This document shows positions 1-9,851 of a stretch of DNA of 64,000 nucleotides, piece by piece; position 1 is the stretch's first letter; each line of letters opens with the position of its first letter. The notes below the pieces were generated by a model that searched no databases, was not told the DNA's origin, and saw only the letters and a list, made by a program, of their open reading frames with translations. The stretch lies in IMG/VR virus record IMGVR_UViG_3300024999_000073, positions 1 to 64,000 of that record; one strand, given 5' to 3'. The DNA is from a virus. Position numbers and translations under genes: made by a program.

Positions 1-957
1 GGAGTACAAGATGCCACAAATTCTGTGTTCAGCGGAGGCGTGATCTCCGGGTGCACCTACGGCGTCAACTCCGGCAGCGGGCATACGTTCAGCGGGGGTG
101 CGATCTCCGGGTGCACCTACGGCGTCAACTCCGGCAGCGGGCATACGTTCAGCGGGGGTGCGATCTCCGGGTGCGCCCTAGGCGTCTACTCCGGCAGCGG
201 GCATACGTTCAGCGGGGGCGTTATCTCCGGGTGCTCCCAAGGCGTCAACTCCGGCAGCGGGCATACGTTCAGCGGGGGCGTTATCTCCGGGTGCTCCCAA
301 GGCGTCAACTCCGGCAGCGGGCATTTTCAATGGCCGGGTATAGTGATGTCTGGTAATACTAGAGATATGTATGGATTGTGCGTGTTCGATGGTTATGCAG
401 CGTCTCTCAACAGTACAACGCAAGTGGCTGCCTTCAATAACAACGTCGAGGGCCTCAATCCTCCGAATGGCCGGGCACAGATCGTCATCCGGGACATCGG
501 CGGCGCCCCTGGCGCGCTGAAAGCCTGGATGTACGCAGGCAGAATCACCGACCGCAGCGGCATAGAACCAAATTTCGCTATTGGCGCAACCAGGAAGTAT
601 ATCTTCGAGAACAATGCTACACCGGTATTCTTAGATAGAGTAATCTATGCCGAAGCAGGCAAACCCATTTGGGCGAATGTCTCTATGCAAAAAGATGTTA
701 ATGGGATGACCGAAACTCCAAGAGTGCAGATATTTGACGAGGCGTATGATCCATTCGACGGGTATGCGGTCGGAGCAGAGCAGGTCATGGCTGATGATCT
801 TGTTCAGCACGACTATGTGTTAACCTATACGGCGCTGAGGACAGGAAATCACGTTGTACGAATACGAGGAAAGAATGCAGCTGGTAATTTATATGCGGGA
901 ATGAGAATTTTAATTGGGAGTCTTTACCCGATATTTGGTGAGTTGATTGTGAGGTAG
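1..957 (+). CDS. Virion/tail-fibre-like protein with 20-aa Gly/Ser-rich beta-helix repeats (5' truncated)
   Basis: Frame is open from base 1; five HTFSGG(A/V)ISGCxxGVNSGSG repeats; lies in structural module. Confidence 0.6.
   Translation, partial: GVQDATNSVFSGGVISGCTYGVNSGSGHTFSGGAISGCTYGVNSGSGHTFSGGAISGCALGVYSGSGHTFSGGVISGCSQGVNSGSGHTFSGGVISGCSQGVNSGSGHFQWPGIVMSGNTRDMYGLCVFDGYAASLNSTTQVAAFNNNVEGLNPPNGRAQIVIRDIGGAPGALKAWMYAGRITDRSGIEPNFAIGATRKYIFENNATPVFLDRVIYAEAGKPIWANVSMQKDVNGMTETPRVQIFDEAYDPFDGYAVGAEQVMADDLVQHDYVLTYTALRTGNHVVRIRGKNAAGNLYAGMRILIGSLYPIFGELIVR
27..324 (+). repeat. ~5 x 60-bp near-identical tandem coding repeat
   Basis: Unit GTTCAGCGGGGGYGYKATCTCCGGGTGC...GGCGTCWACTCCGGCAGCGGGCATAC recurs every 60 bp. 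Confidence 0.95.
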
Positions 958-959
958 GT

Positions 960-1529
960 ATGTATCTAGGCGCATGGTGGATTGACGATTTACTTACATT
1001 TACTTGTAACACTCATAATCCGTTTTCTGGGACTGCCCAAGATGCCGATTTCGATCTTACTTATAGGATTTATGAGGATGATACTGTTGTTCCCATACTT
1101 ACGGGAACTATGATTCTTTTCGATCCTGTCAACACAGATGGATTTTATGAGAAGAAAATAACGTTATCGGCTGTCAATGGTTTTGAGGCCGGTAAGTCCT
1201 ATTGTATTCGCATCCACGCGACTGTAGGCGGGATAGTGGCTGTTCTCCCTCTCCATTTTCAGATAGCAAATTTCTTTCCTGCGGGTGCTATAGAGTATAC
1301 TTATGTAGTAACAGATACCGCGACTGGTCTGCCGATAGAAGGTGTAGAGGTCTGGATCGCTACCGATGCTCTAATGGCAAATATTGTTTGGAAAGGCGAG
1401 ACGGATGTGTTTGGAGTTGCACGCGACTTAAACAATAACAAACCCTGGCTTGATGCAGGCACATATTTTTTCTGGCTTAAAAAAGGCGATTTTAGTTTCA
1501 CAAATCCAGACACGGAAATTGTAAGCTAA
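960..1529 (+). CDS. Probable virion structural protein (Ig-like/carboxypeptidase-regulatory-like C-terminal domain)
   Basis: 189 aa; motif GLPIEGVEV...GETD..G...LDAGTY; operon context. Confidence 0.5.
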   Translation: MYLGAWWIDDLLTFTCNTHNPFSGTAQDADFDLTYRIYEDDTVVPILTGTMILFDPVNTDGFYEKKITLSAVNGFEAGKSYCIRIHATVGGIVAVLPLHFQIANFFPAGAIEYTYVVTDTATGLPIEGVEVWIATDALMANIVWKGETDVFGVARDLNNNKPWLDAGTYFFWLKKGDFSFTNPDTEIVS

Positions 1530-1539
1530 GGAGTGTTTT

Positions 1540-2907
1540 ATGCCTAGCTCTGGTACAGGATTTGGAACTCCAATAACAGATGGGACTCCTTCGTTCCCTT
1601 CGGAGACCCTAGTACAGCCATTCCCATACACGCTTCTATCTGTAGATAGATTCGCAAAGATCATGGGCATAACCCCCGCTCATTTCTGGGGAGCTATGGC
1701 ACCAAGTGTAAATCCCAAAGTATTTCCTGAAAGCATCTGCGCTTCAGTTTGGAAGAAATATGCCTGGCAGTCAAATGATAAAGTAAGCCGTTATGATCTG
1801 GCTATAGAGATCGCCCGCGCCGAACAAGATGTTGCGAATGTTCTCGGATATTGGCCTGCACCGCATTGGGTCGACAATGAGAAGCTCATGTATCCCCGTT
1901 ATTATAGGCGTGACCTTTTCACTGGCGGCGGCGACATTCGCGGCCTGGCAAAGTCTGTCACTTCAAAATGGGGAAAAGTTGTAAAGACCGGACAGCGGGC
2001 AGTATCATTGGTCGGAGTCGCATCAGTTGCCGGTGGTACTTTGCAATATCTGGATGAGGATGGGGATGGAGTCGCAGAGACCGCTGTAATAGGATTGGCG
2101 ACTACGCTCACGGATCCAACTGAGATAAAGATATACAGGCATGACCAAGCCGGGTATCCTGAATTCGAGATACGCGAGGCCAGGAGGAAATATATTACAG
2201 GCGGTTTCTTCTACGCGGTCTTCGACTCCTGGCTATTGATCGATGAGGGATTATGGGAAGCCTATCCTGTAGAGGGTGGCAATTTTGCGGTTGACATTTC
2301 CACTACGGCAAATTTTGTGACCTCAGTAGACGTTTATCGAGAGTATGTGGATACCACTGCCAATTCTTGTTATCTCAACTGGGAGAATGCCTATACAAAT
2401 TGTGCGGTATGTAATGGCGCTGGCTGTACGGTTTGTGCAACAATAGAACAGGGCGGTTGTTTGCGTATACGAGATGCTAATCAGGGAGAGTTAGCGCCTA
2501 TCCCGGCTGAGTATGATTCCGATACGGGCGAGTGGAATTATTCAGATTGGAGCACAAAAGGGCGCGAGCCTGATTATGTACGTGTCTATTATAGGGCCGG
2601 TATACAGTCGCGTGAATTCCTGGCTGGTAGAACGCATCTGGAAATGCCTTACGATCTGGCGCGTGTGATCGCTCATCTGGTGACTGCACGTATCGAAAGG
2701 CCATTTTGTGGATGTTCGAATATACAATCGCTTGCTGAATATCTACGTCAGGACGCGGCAAGATCAACCCCTGCTGGTGGTATGTTCTTCACTACCACCG
2801 ACCTGGTTAACAACTCATTCGGATCGAAGAATGGGGAAGTAGAGGCATGGCGTGCTTTAGTCTTAATGGGTGCAGATGACAAACGCGGGAATGTGGCGGT
2901 TATCTAA
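1540..2907 (+). CDS. Probable head-tail connector/neck protein
   Basis: 455 aa; RBS AAGGAG; upstream of tail genes; adaptor-like motifs (AEQDVANVLGY; VRVYYRAG; LARVIAHL). Confidence 0.45.
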   Translation: MPSSGTGFGTPITDGTPSFPSETLVQPFPYTLLSVDRFAKIMGITPAHFWGAMAPSVNPKVFPESICASVWKKYAWQSNDKVSRYDLAIEIARAEQDVANVLGYWPAPHWVDNEKLMYPRYYRRDLFTGGGDIRGLAKSVTSKWGKVVKTGQRAVSLVGVASVAGGTLQYLDEDGDGVAETAVIGLATTLTDPTEIKIYRHDQAGYPEFEIREARRKYITGGFFYAVFDSWLLIDEGLWEAYPVEGGNFAVDISTTANFVTSVDVYREYVDTTANSCYLNWENAYTNCAVCNGAGCTVCATIEQGGCLRIRDANQGELAPIPAEYDSDTGEWNYSDWSTKGREPDYVRVYYRAGIQSREFLAGRTHLEMPYDLARVIAHLVTARIERPFCGCSNIQSLAEYLRQDAARSTPAGGMFFTTTDLVNNSFGSKNGEVEAWRALVLMGADDKRGNVAVI

Positions 2908-2920
2908 GAGAGAGAGGTTT

Positions 2921-3253
2921 ATGATGGCTCCTCAAATAAACGAGAACAAACAATATCTGGTAGGAACGAAGGCTGTGGCAGGCTATAATACGCTCATTGC
3001 TGCGCCTGGAGTTAGCAGGCATATTGTCGTGCATCGCTTTATCATCCAGAACGAAGGCGCGACCGCCGTGACTGCGCAGCTATGCGATTATCTTTCCCCT
3101 CACTGGCGTGCGCTTTTGCAAAATCAAGGCGATGCCTTAGTGATGGATTTCCCCGTTGACGATCTGTGGTGGCTTGGGTTGAATTCGCCGCTGCAACTGC
3201 ACCTGAGTGCGGCTATTTCAGTGGGATATAGCATCGAATTCGAGTACGCATAA
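2921..3253 (+). CDS. 110-aa virion adaptor/decoration-like protein, copy 1
   Basis: RBS GAGAGG before ATGATG at 2921; near-identical paralog at 4794-5126. Confidence 0.7.
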   Translation: MMAPQINENKQYLVGTKAVAGYNTLIAAPGVSRHIVVHRFIIQNEGATAVTAQLCDYLSPHWRALLQNQGDALVMDFPVDDLWWLGLNSPLQLHLSAAISVGYSIEFEYA

Positions 3254-3270
3254 TCGAAAAAGAGGCTGGA

Positions 3271-4758
3271 ATGAAACTCTTTAGGCCTCCACCCATATTA
3301 AAAGGAAATGTTGGATTTTTATTGATTTACACCGACGCCGACAATACCACGACTTTTGATCCGTCCTGGACGTTTAGCGATGCATCTGTGATGACCGTAG
3401 ATTGGGGTGATGGTTCTGCACCACAGAGTCATGCTACTGGACTAAGCCATACCTATGCAGATGGAAGTCGGAAACTTGTCAGGTTCAGTTGCCCGAATTG
3501 GTTGAAGCTGACCAGCTTCAATGTCAACGCTGACGTATGCCGACTATCTCCGCCGAGTTTTGCGATGGCGAAGGCATTGGGTTGGCTTTATTTACACACC
3601 AATCAATTCAGCGGCGCGCTGCCGAGCTTCGCTGCCCATACAGTGTTGCGAGTATTATATATACACAACAACCAATTCAGCGGAACGTTGCCTGGTTTTG
3701 CGACGTGCACATTGTTGACCCAATTTCGCGCAGAGTCTAATCAATTCAGCGGCGCGCTGCCGAGCTTCGCGGCTTGCGTACTGTTGACCGACTGGCGTGC
3801 AAATGTCAATCAGTTCAGCGGAACACTCCCCTCTTTCGCGGCGTGCATAAAGCTGACCAGATGGGAAGCGAATTATAACCAATTTACCGGCACGTTGCCC
3901 TCCTTCGCAGCCTGCACCCTGCTGGTTTATTGGAACGGAAAGGCCAACCAATTCAGCGGAACGTTGCCTAGTTTCGCGACCTGCACGCTATTGGAGAATT
4001 GGCAAGGGATGGAAAACCAATTCAGCGGTACTCTGCCATCGTTCGCAGCATGTATAAAACTGAAGATCTGGTATGGCGATACTTGCCAGTACACCGGAGC
4101 GCTGCCATCCTTCACGACCTGCGTCGATCTAATAGAGTTCGACGCAAGCAGCAATGAGTTCAGCGAAGAACTGCCCTCCTTCGCGGGTTGTGTGTTGCTG
4201 GATTATTTCGATATACATAACAACCAATTCAGTGGAACGCTGCCCTCATTCGCGGCTTGTACGCTGCTCGAGGACTGGCGCTGTGACGATAACCAGTTCA
4301 CGGGAACCCTGCCTAGCTTCGCGGCCTGTACTTTGTTGGAGCAACGCTGGTATTGCTATAACAATCAGTTCAGCGGCACTCTACCGTCCTTTACAACCTG
4401 CACGCTATTGAAGGTATGGAATGGGAGCATAAACCAATTCAGTGGCACCATTCCATCCTTTGCGGGCTGCGTTGCGCTGGAAGAATGGTACGGCTTTGCC
4501 AACCAATTCAGTGGCTATGAAGCCGGGGGGTTCGCCACTCAGCCAAACCTGACCCAATTGAGTTTCTATATTAATAGTTTGACGCAAGCAGCAGTCGATG
4601 CTATTCTTGCCGACCTGGTAACCAGTCTGGGCGTTCCAGGACGCGTTACGTGCACGGTATCGCTAGGAGGAACGGGCAACTCCCCTCCAAGCGCGGCTGG
4701 TTTGGCCTTAAGAGCTACGCTTGTCGCGGCTGGATGGACAGTAAATGTAAATCCTTGA
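3271..4758 (+). CDS. Leucine-rich-repeat protein (PKD-like N-terminus, ~14 x 23-aa LRR, C-terminal cap)
   Basis: VDWGDG motif, then NQFSGTLPSFAACxxLxxWxxx repeats resembling plant-type LRR. Confidence 0.85.
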   Translation: MKLFRPPPILKGNVGFLLIYTDADNTTTFDPSWTFSDASVMTVDWGDGSAPQSHATGLSHTYADGSRKLVRFSCPNWLKLTSFNVNADVCRLSPPSFAMAKALGWLYLHTNQFSGALPSFAAHTVLRVLYIHNNQFSGTLPGFATCTLLTQFRAESNQFSGALPSFAACVLLTDWRANVNQFSGTLPSFAACIKLTRWEANYNQFTGTLPSFAACTLLVYWNGKANQFSGTLPSFATCTLLENWQGMENQFSGTLPSFAACIKLKIWYGDTCQYTGALPSFTTCVDLIEFDASSNEFSEELPSFAGCVLLDYFDIHNNQFSGTLPSFAACTLLEDWRCDDNQFTGTLPSFAACTLLEQRWYCYNNQFSGTLPSFTTCTLLKVWNGSINQFSGTIPSFAGCVALEEWYGFANQFSGYEAGGFATQPNLTQLSFYINSLTQAAVDAILADLVTSLGVPGRVTCTVSLGGTGNSPPSAAGLALRATLVAAGWTVNVNP

Positions 4759-4793
4759 TCCAATAATGTCGCGCTTACTAAGACAGAGAGGTT

Positions 4794-5126
4794 ATGATGG
4801 CTCCTCAAATAAACGAAAATAAACAACATCTTGTGGGTACAGCAGCAGTTGCAGGCTATAACACAATCATCGCTGCGCCTGGAGTTAGCAGGCATATTGT
4901 CGTGCATCGTTTTATCATCCAGAACGAGAATCCATCGGCTGTGACTGCGCAGCTATGCGATTATCTTTCCCCTCACTGGCGTGCGCTTTTGCAAAATCAA
5001 GGCGATGCCTTAGTGATGGATTTCCCCGTTGACGATCTGTGGTGGCTTGGCCTGAATGCGCCCTTGCAACTCCATTTGAGCGGTGCGCTTACAGTCGGAT
5101 ACAGCATCGAATTCGAGTACGCTTAA
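4794..5126 (+). CDS. 110-aa virion adaptor/decoration-like protein, copy 2
   Basis: Paralog of 2921-3253; 110 bp identical (3068-3177 = 4941-5050). Confidence 0.7.
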   Translation: MMAPQINENKQHLVGTAAVAGYNTIIAAPGVSRHIVVHRFIIQNENPSAVTAQLCDYLSPHWRALLQNQGDALVMDFPVDDLWWLGLNAPLQLHLSGALTVGYSIEFEYA

Positions 5127-5139
5127 AAGGTTTTGTCTC

Positions 5140-7194
5140 ATGACAGTTAAACCGCCTCCACAATTGGGAAAAAGAATTCCAACGACGGTATATTTTACAG
5201 ACGGTTTCAATCGCTATGATGGCGATCTAGACAACGGCTGGCAATATACCGATGGCCTGTGGATGATTGTGTCTAGTAGAGCAGTTGGAAATCCTGGGAT
5301 GGGACCTAATCTGCTTGTCGATGGCGGAATGGAGAATTGGAATAGCCCAACCGATTTGACCAATTGGACAGAGGTTGTGGCAGGAGCGAGTACAGTCAAT
5401 CAGGAGGGCGTAGACATTCATGGGGGTACATATTGCACCAGGATGGATGGAGACGCCAATAATAACAGCGCGGAAATCAGGCAATCCGCTTTAGCAGCGA
5501 TTGGAGATTGGCTGTACTTCTCGCATTGGGGCAAGGGGTCGGGATCCCCGGCTGCGATATGGCAAGTTTTGACCGATTCAGTGACACTCCAACAACTTCA
5601 AGGCTCTACTTGGGCCAATTATTTCGCCACACGCAGAATACTTAGCAACGCCTATTTTTATCTCAAAAGAGCTTCATTCGCAAACAAATCAATTTACCTC
5701 GACGACGCTGCGGTATATAAACTGACTTTTGTTGACATGCTTTGCACCAGAAACGCTAACACACAGAATCCCGATCATAGCGTCAAGTTGACCATAGCCG
5801 CAGATATGCAGGCAGGTTTGATTACTTGTCTAGACGACAGGAATAATCCCCAGAATTATATTCTAGTTTATATTGATAGGAACACGGCTGCTGGAACAAA
5901 AATCTCAATGGAAAAAGTTGTTTCAGGTGTACGCACAAGCCTTATAGCGCCAACGGCGATAACTTATGGGGTAGACAAACCACTCAGAATAGTCAAAGAT
6001 GGCACAAACGTAAGTATGTACTACGATGGCGTTCAGGTTGGAGCAACGCAGACCATAAGTAATATCGAGATCATTAATAACACATATCATGGCTTTCTCA
6101 CGAGTTCTCCGAATAACTCTTTTGAGGATTATTCGATAACAGGCGCTTATGTATCCACACAAGATTGGCCTGGCGTCGGCGATACTGTATATGTCACGAA
6201 CTTAGGAGATAGCGGCCCCGGCAGTCTGCGCGCTGCGCTGGCCCTGACGTCCCCGAAGACGATCAAATTCAATATATGTGGCAATATCGACTTGCTTTCA
6301 ACTCTTACATTATCACAACCAGGCCACATTATTGATGGGAGCAGCGCCCCTTATGGAGGCGTATGTCTCAGAAAATATGGCATCTACGTTGATACCGAGA
6401 ATATCACTATTCGGCATATTCGCATCCGTCCAGGCAGCGATAATGGCAATGACATTGATGCAATTGGCACGAGTGTAAATTGCGACAATTTGTTAGTCGA
6501 ATACTGTAGCCTGTCCTGGTCTACTGATGAGCTTTTCGGGAGCTATGGAACAAATATCATTATTCGCTATTGCTTGCTGTACGAACCCTTGAACAATGCT
6601 GGGCATCCTTACGGCCCGATCTGGTCTGGTCTGGTTTCGCACAACGTTGACTTCCATCACAACTTGGTTGGATTGTCAACTTATCGTTGCCCGAAAGTAG
6701 ACAACGGCGCGGATCATTATTCGAGAGTTGCGAACAATGTAATCTACACCAGCCGATGGGTTACAATCGACACCCCCATCATTGGAGAGACAGTTTATGA
6801 GCAATATATAGACATCATGAGCAATTATTTCATAGCCGATCCAACTTGGGTCGCAACGTATGAGATCGAGACCTTTGACGCGCAGGTTCAAGCACACGTA
6901 TATTTGAACGGCAATATTGGCCCCCATCGTCCAACTCTCCTTATAGATGAATTGGAACTTATCTATCCTGGGGATGAGGCTTTTTTCGATTTGGTTGGCA
7001 GCCCCATTCAACCTGCACCGGATTGGCTGACAGATTATCTGACAGCTTATGCCGATGTTCTGGCGAACGCAGGCGCGACACTGCCTAAGAGAGACGTTTC
7101 AGACACACGCATCATAAACCATGTGATTGCCCTAACCGGTGCATTGATAACCGACCCAAGTGAAGTCGGAGGCTGGCCTGATCTGACAGTATAG
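5140..7194 (+). CDS. Carbohydrate-binding plus pectate-lyase-like (PL1-like beta-helix) virion protein
   Basis: NLLVDGGMENW CBM-like domain; VYVTNLGDSGPGSLRAAL, SLSWSTDE, AGATLPKRD..DTRII and EVGGWP motifs. Confidence 0.75.
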   Translation: MTVKPPPQLGKRIPTTVYFTDGFNRYDGDLDNGWQYTDGLWMIVSSRAVGNPGMGPNLLVDGGMENWNSPTDLTNWTEVVAGASTVNQEGVDIHGGTYCTRMDGDANNNSAEIRQSALAAIGDWLYFSHWGKGSGSPAAIWQVLTDSVTLQQLQGSTWANYFATRRILSNAYFYLKRASFANKSIYLDDAAVYKLTFVDMLCTRNANTQNPDHSVKLTIAADMQAGLITCLDDRNNPQNYILVYIDRNTAAGTKISMEKVVSGVRTSLIAPTAITYGVDKPLRIVKDGTNVSMYYDGVQVGATQTISNIEIINNTYHGFLTSSPNNSFEDYSITGAYVSTQDWPGVGDTVYVTNLGDSGPGSLRAALALTSPKTIKFNICGNIDLLSTLTLSQPGHIIDGSSAPYGGVCLRKYGIYVDTENITIRHIRIRPGSDNGNDIDAIGTSVNCDNLLVEYCSLSWSTDELFGSYGTNIIIRYCLLYEPLNNAGHPYGPIWSGLVSHNVDFHHNLVGLSTYRCPKVDNGADHYSRVANNVIYTSRWVTIDTPIIGETVYEQYIDIMSNYFIADPTWVATYEIETFDAQVQAHVYLNGNIGPHRPTLLIDELELIYPGDEAFFDLVGSPIQPAPDWLTDYLTAYADVLANAGATLPKRDVSDTRIINHVIALTGALITDPSEVGGWPDLTV

Positions 7195-7201
7195 AGACAC
7201 C

Positions 7202-9478
7202 ATGAGCATACTTACTCCTGCACAAGCCTCTCAATCCCGTATATTTCTGATCGAAGGTCGGGCATCCCCCGATCATGCTCCCGCCTACATGTCACACCTG
7301 CGCGTGACGGGTATTAGCGAGGGCTTTGGGTCTATCGACCCCATCTTGATCCCAAACCCCGCGGGTCCCGGAGAATACATTCATGCGGGCGATGCAATAG
7401 GGGCGCTTGAGCTTCCCAAGACAGCTTTGCAGGGCCGTTTCGCAGTCGATCTGAGAAGCGCGCTATGGCGTTTAGCAAAGCGTCATTGTGCAGTCGACCT
7501 CCAAATTCACATAGGTACGTGCGAAGACCCACGTGACTTTAACAGCTTCAAGAAGGCTATCATCTTTGAAGAAGCGCGCCTGACGAGCTATAACACAGAT
7601 GACATTGGTATCCTGGCGGCCAGGGACAACGCCGAAGTTAATGAAACCACCGAAGTCGAAGGCGTAGAGATGTTCGAGATATTGCCTGTTCAATACAAAC
7701 CTCACGCGGGCACGATTATCACCAACGAGGCCGTCGATGCTGTTATCTGTGACAATTTTGGCTGTGGAGATTGTGAGAGCGGACTCGATGTGTGCTCTAA
7801 GATTTTCATCATTACTAAATCCGCTGGTGGATCGCCCTCCACTCCCGCCGATGTGGTCTATTCGCCAGATGGGGGCACAGCCTGGTACGCTCACGACATC
7901 GAAAGTCTGGGCGTCGCCGAAGACCCGTCTGCCATAGATTGCCTGTGGAAATATCTTGTGGTGGTATCGAACGCGTCTGGAAGTTTGCACTATGCTTTGA
8001 AGTCAGAATTCGATGGGCATACGGATCCAGTCTGGACAGAAGTAAGCACAGGCTTCGCAGTCGGCGGCGCTCCTAATGGCATATTCTCAATCGACGGAGT
8101 GGCTTTCATCGTCGGCGATGGCGGCTATATCTATCTTTGTGAAAATCCAACTCAAGGTGTAATGATCCAAAATTCAGGTACACTCACTACAGCTAAACTC
8201 GTGAAGGTTCACGCCATTAGCTCTACATTTGCCGTGGCCGTTGGTAATAATGGCGCTATTCTTTATACCAACGATGGCAGTACGTGGTTGCTTTCCCCCA
8301 CTTCTCCGGTAGGTTTTGCCGTGAATATTACCGCGCTATGGGTAAAATCAGAGACGGAATGGCTGGTGGGCACTTCCACTGGCAATCTCTATTATACCAA
8401 AAATGGCGGCCAAACCTGGATTCTCAAACCATTCCCCGGATATGGTACGGGTTCGGTAGAAGATATTTTCTTCTCCACCGATAGCGTCGGCTGGCTATCT
8501 CATTCCACGGCTACGCCGTTGGGACGCATCTTGCGCTCCTTTGATGGCGGGTATTCCTGGACAGTTACGCCAGAGGCCAGTAGTAGTATTTCTGCGAATG
8601 ATCGCATCAATGCCCTGGCTGGTTGTTATGCCGATCCTAATCTCATTATTGGCGTTGGACTTGGAGATGATAGCTCAGATGGTTTTATCACCATTGGGAG
8701 AGAGAAAAAGATATTCAGTGAAGGATTTGCCAGTGTAGGAGCAGGAATCTATGTACCGCCGCCGCCACCACCACCTGCGGAATATTATCAAAAAGTTTTG
8801 GCGCTCACGCCAGTGGCTTACTGGCCTTTATGGGAAGCTATTGGCCCGACTGCGGCTGATATTTCGGGCAATTCCTGTAATGGTGCTTATATTGGTACTC
8901 CTATTCTTGGGCAACCTGGCATTGGAGATGGACGCACCTGCCCCTACTTCGACGGTATAAATGATGTGGTCAATTGTTTCAGCGCCAACCTGCAAACTCT
9001 GTTCCCATATTCCGAAGGGTCTATCGCTATGTGGGCAAAAGTGTGGGACATTGCCTTCTGGACAGAAGTTGTTCGACGCCATTTCTTCATGTTTTACTGT
9101 GGAGGAGCAGGAAGTAACAATTACATCATGAATGCCCACTATTCGACTCAAAACAACTGTTATAACATCAAACACGACGTCTCTCCAAACTGGAATGACT
9201 ACCAATACTATCCCGCTGGCCCGCCAACCGGCTGGATGCACATTGCTATGACCTGGTCTGTCGCGGCCAACCACGTCTATATGTATTATAACGGCGGTGC
9301 CCAGTACACCCCTGGCGTCCTCGTTGCCATGTTAGCCAATTCACTCCATACCAATGACTGCTGCATAGGCGCTTACAACAATACCGCCCTCTATCCATTC
9401 AAGGGCTGGATTGCTCATTCAGTCTTGTTCGGGTATCCCTTAACTCCCGCACAAGTTCTATCTTTAGCGACAGTATAG
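7202..9478 (+). CDS. Tail-tube paralog: tube domain + BNR/Ycf48-like beta-propeller + poly-Pro linker + LamG domain
   Basis: First ~500 aa colinear with 9852-11351; poly-Pro linker; PVAYWPL...FDG.ND...WMHIAMTW LamG motifs. Confidence 0.75.
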   Translation: MSILTPAQASQSRIFLIEGRASPDHAPAYMSHLRVTGISEGFGSIDPILIPNPAGPGEYIHAGDAIGALELPKTALQGRFAVDLRSALWRLAKRHCAVDLQIHIGTCEDPRDFNSFKKAIIFEEARLTSYNTDDIGILAARDNAEVNETTEVEGVEMFEILPVQYKPHAGTIITNEAVDAVICDNFGCGDCESGLDVCSKIFIITKSAGGSPSTPADVVYSPDGGTAWYAHDIESLGVAEDPSAIDCLWKYLVVVSNASGSLHYALKSEFDGHTDPVWTEVSTGFAVGGAPNGIFSIDGVAFIVGDGGYIYLCENPTQGVMIQNSGTLTTAKLVKVHAISSTFAVAVGNNGAILYTNDGSTWLLSPTSPVGFAVNITALWVKSETEWLVGTSTGNLYYTKNGGQTWILKPFPGYGTGSVEDIFFSTDSVGWLSHSTATPLGRILRSFDGGYSWTVTPEASSSISANDRINALAGCYADPNLIIGVGLGDDSSDGFITIGREKKIFSEGFASVGAGIYVPPPPPPPAEYYQKVLALTPVAYWPLWEAIGPTAADISGNSCNGAYIGTPILGQPGIGDGRTCPYFDGINDVVNCFSANLQTLFPYSEGSIAMWAKVWDIAFWTEVVRRHFFMFYCGGAGSNNYIMNAHYSTQNNCYNIKHDVSPNWNDYQYYPAGPPTGWMHIAMTWSVAANHVYMYYNGGAQYTPGVLVAMLANSLHTNDCCIGAYNNTALYPFKGWIAHSVLFGYPLTPAQVLSLATV

Positions 9479-9485
9479 AGAAACG

Positions 9486-9494
9486 TGCTATAAT
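9486..9494 (+). promoter_or_regulatory. Extended -10 promoter candidate (TGcTATAAT)
   Basis: TGCTATAAT 17 bp upstream of ATG 9511. Confidence 0.5.
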
Positions 9495-9510
9495 AAGACA
9501 GGTAAAAGCG

Positions 9511-9843
9511 ATGAGACACGTTATTTTTACTGATGACAGAGGCTATAAGCACCGGATGCTCGTCCGAGACGCAGACCCCGATGAGGCCGCGTCTAGTGGA
9601 GTACCGGCAGGCCCTCCAGACCTAAACGAGATCGACTGGGACTATGCAAAACGGGAAATCAATAATGCCCTTGTCGATAACGGATTATTCACCTGGAAGG
9701 ACGTGCAGGCATCCCCGATAGGACTGATGGTAATAGCCACTGTAATAAAACGGCATTTCTCTGCAATATTCCACGAGGCGGAAAAGCGGGAGCGTAGCCG
9801 TAAAATCCAAGAACAATCACAGAATAAAGTCAAGAGGAAATAG
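9511..9843 (+). CDS. Hypothetical tail-region protein
   Basis: 110-aa ORF between the two tube paralogs. Confidence 0.6.
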   Translation: MRHVIFTDDRGYKHRMLVRDADPDEAASSGVPAGPPDLNEIDWDYAKREINNALVDNGLFTWKDVQASPIGLMVIATVIKRHFSAIFHEAEKRERSRKIQEQSQNKVKRK

Positions 9844-9851
9844 GAGGAACT

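Noticed and set aside
9100-9420. DGR variable region in the LamG domain (rich in AAC/TAC codons)
   Set aside because: No template repeat or reverse transcriptase found in the window.
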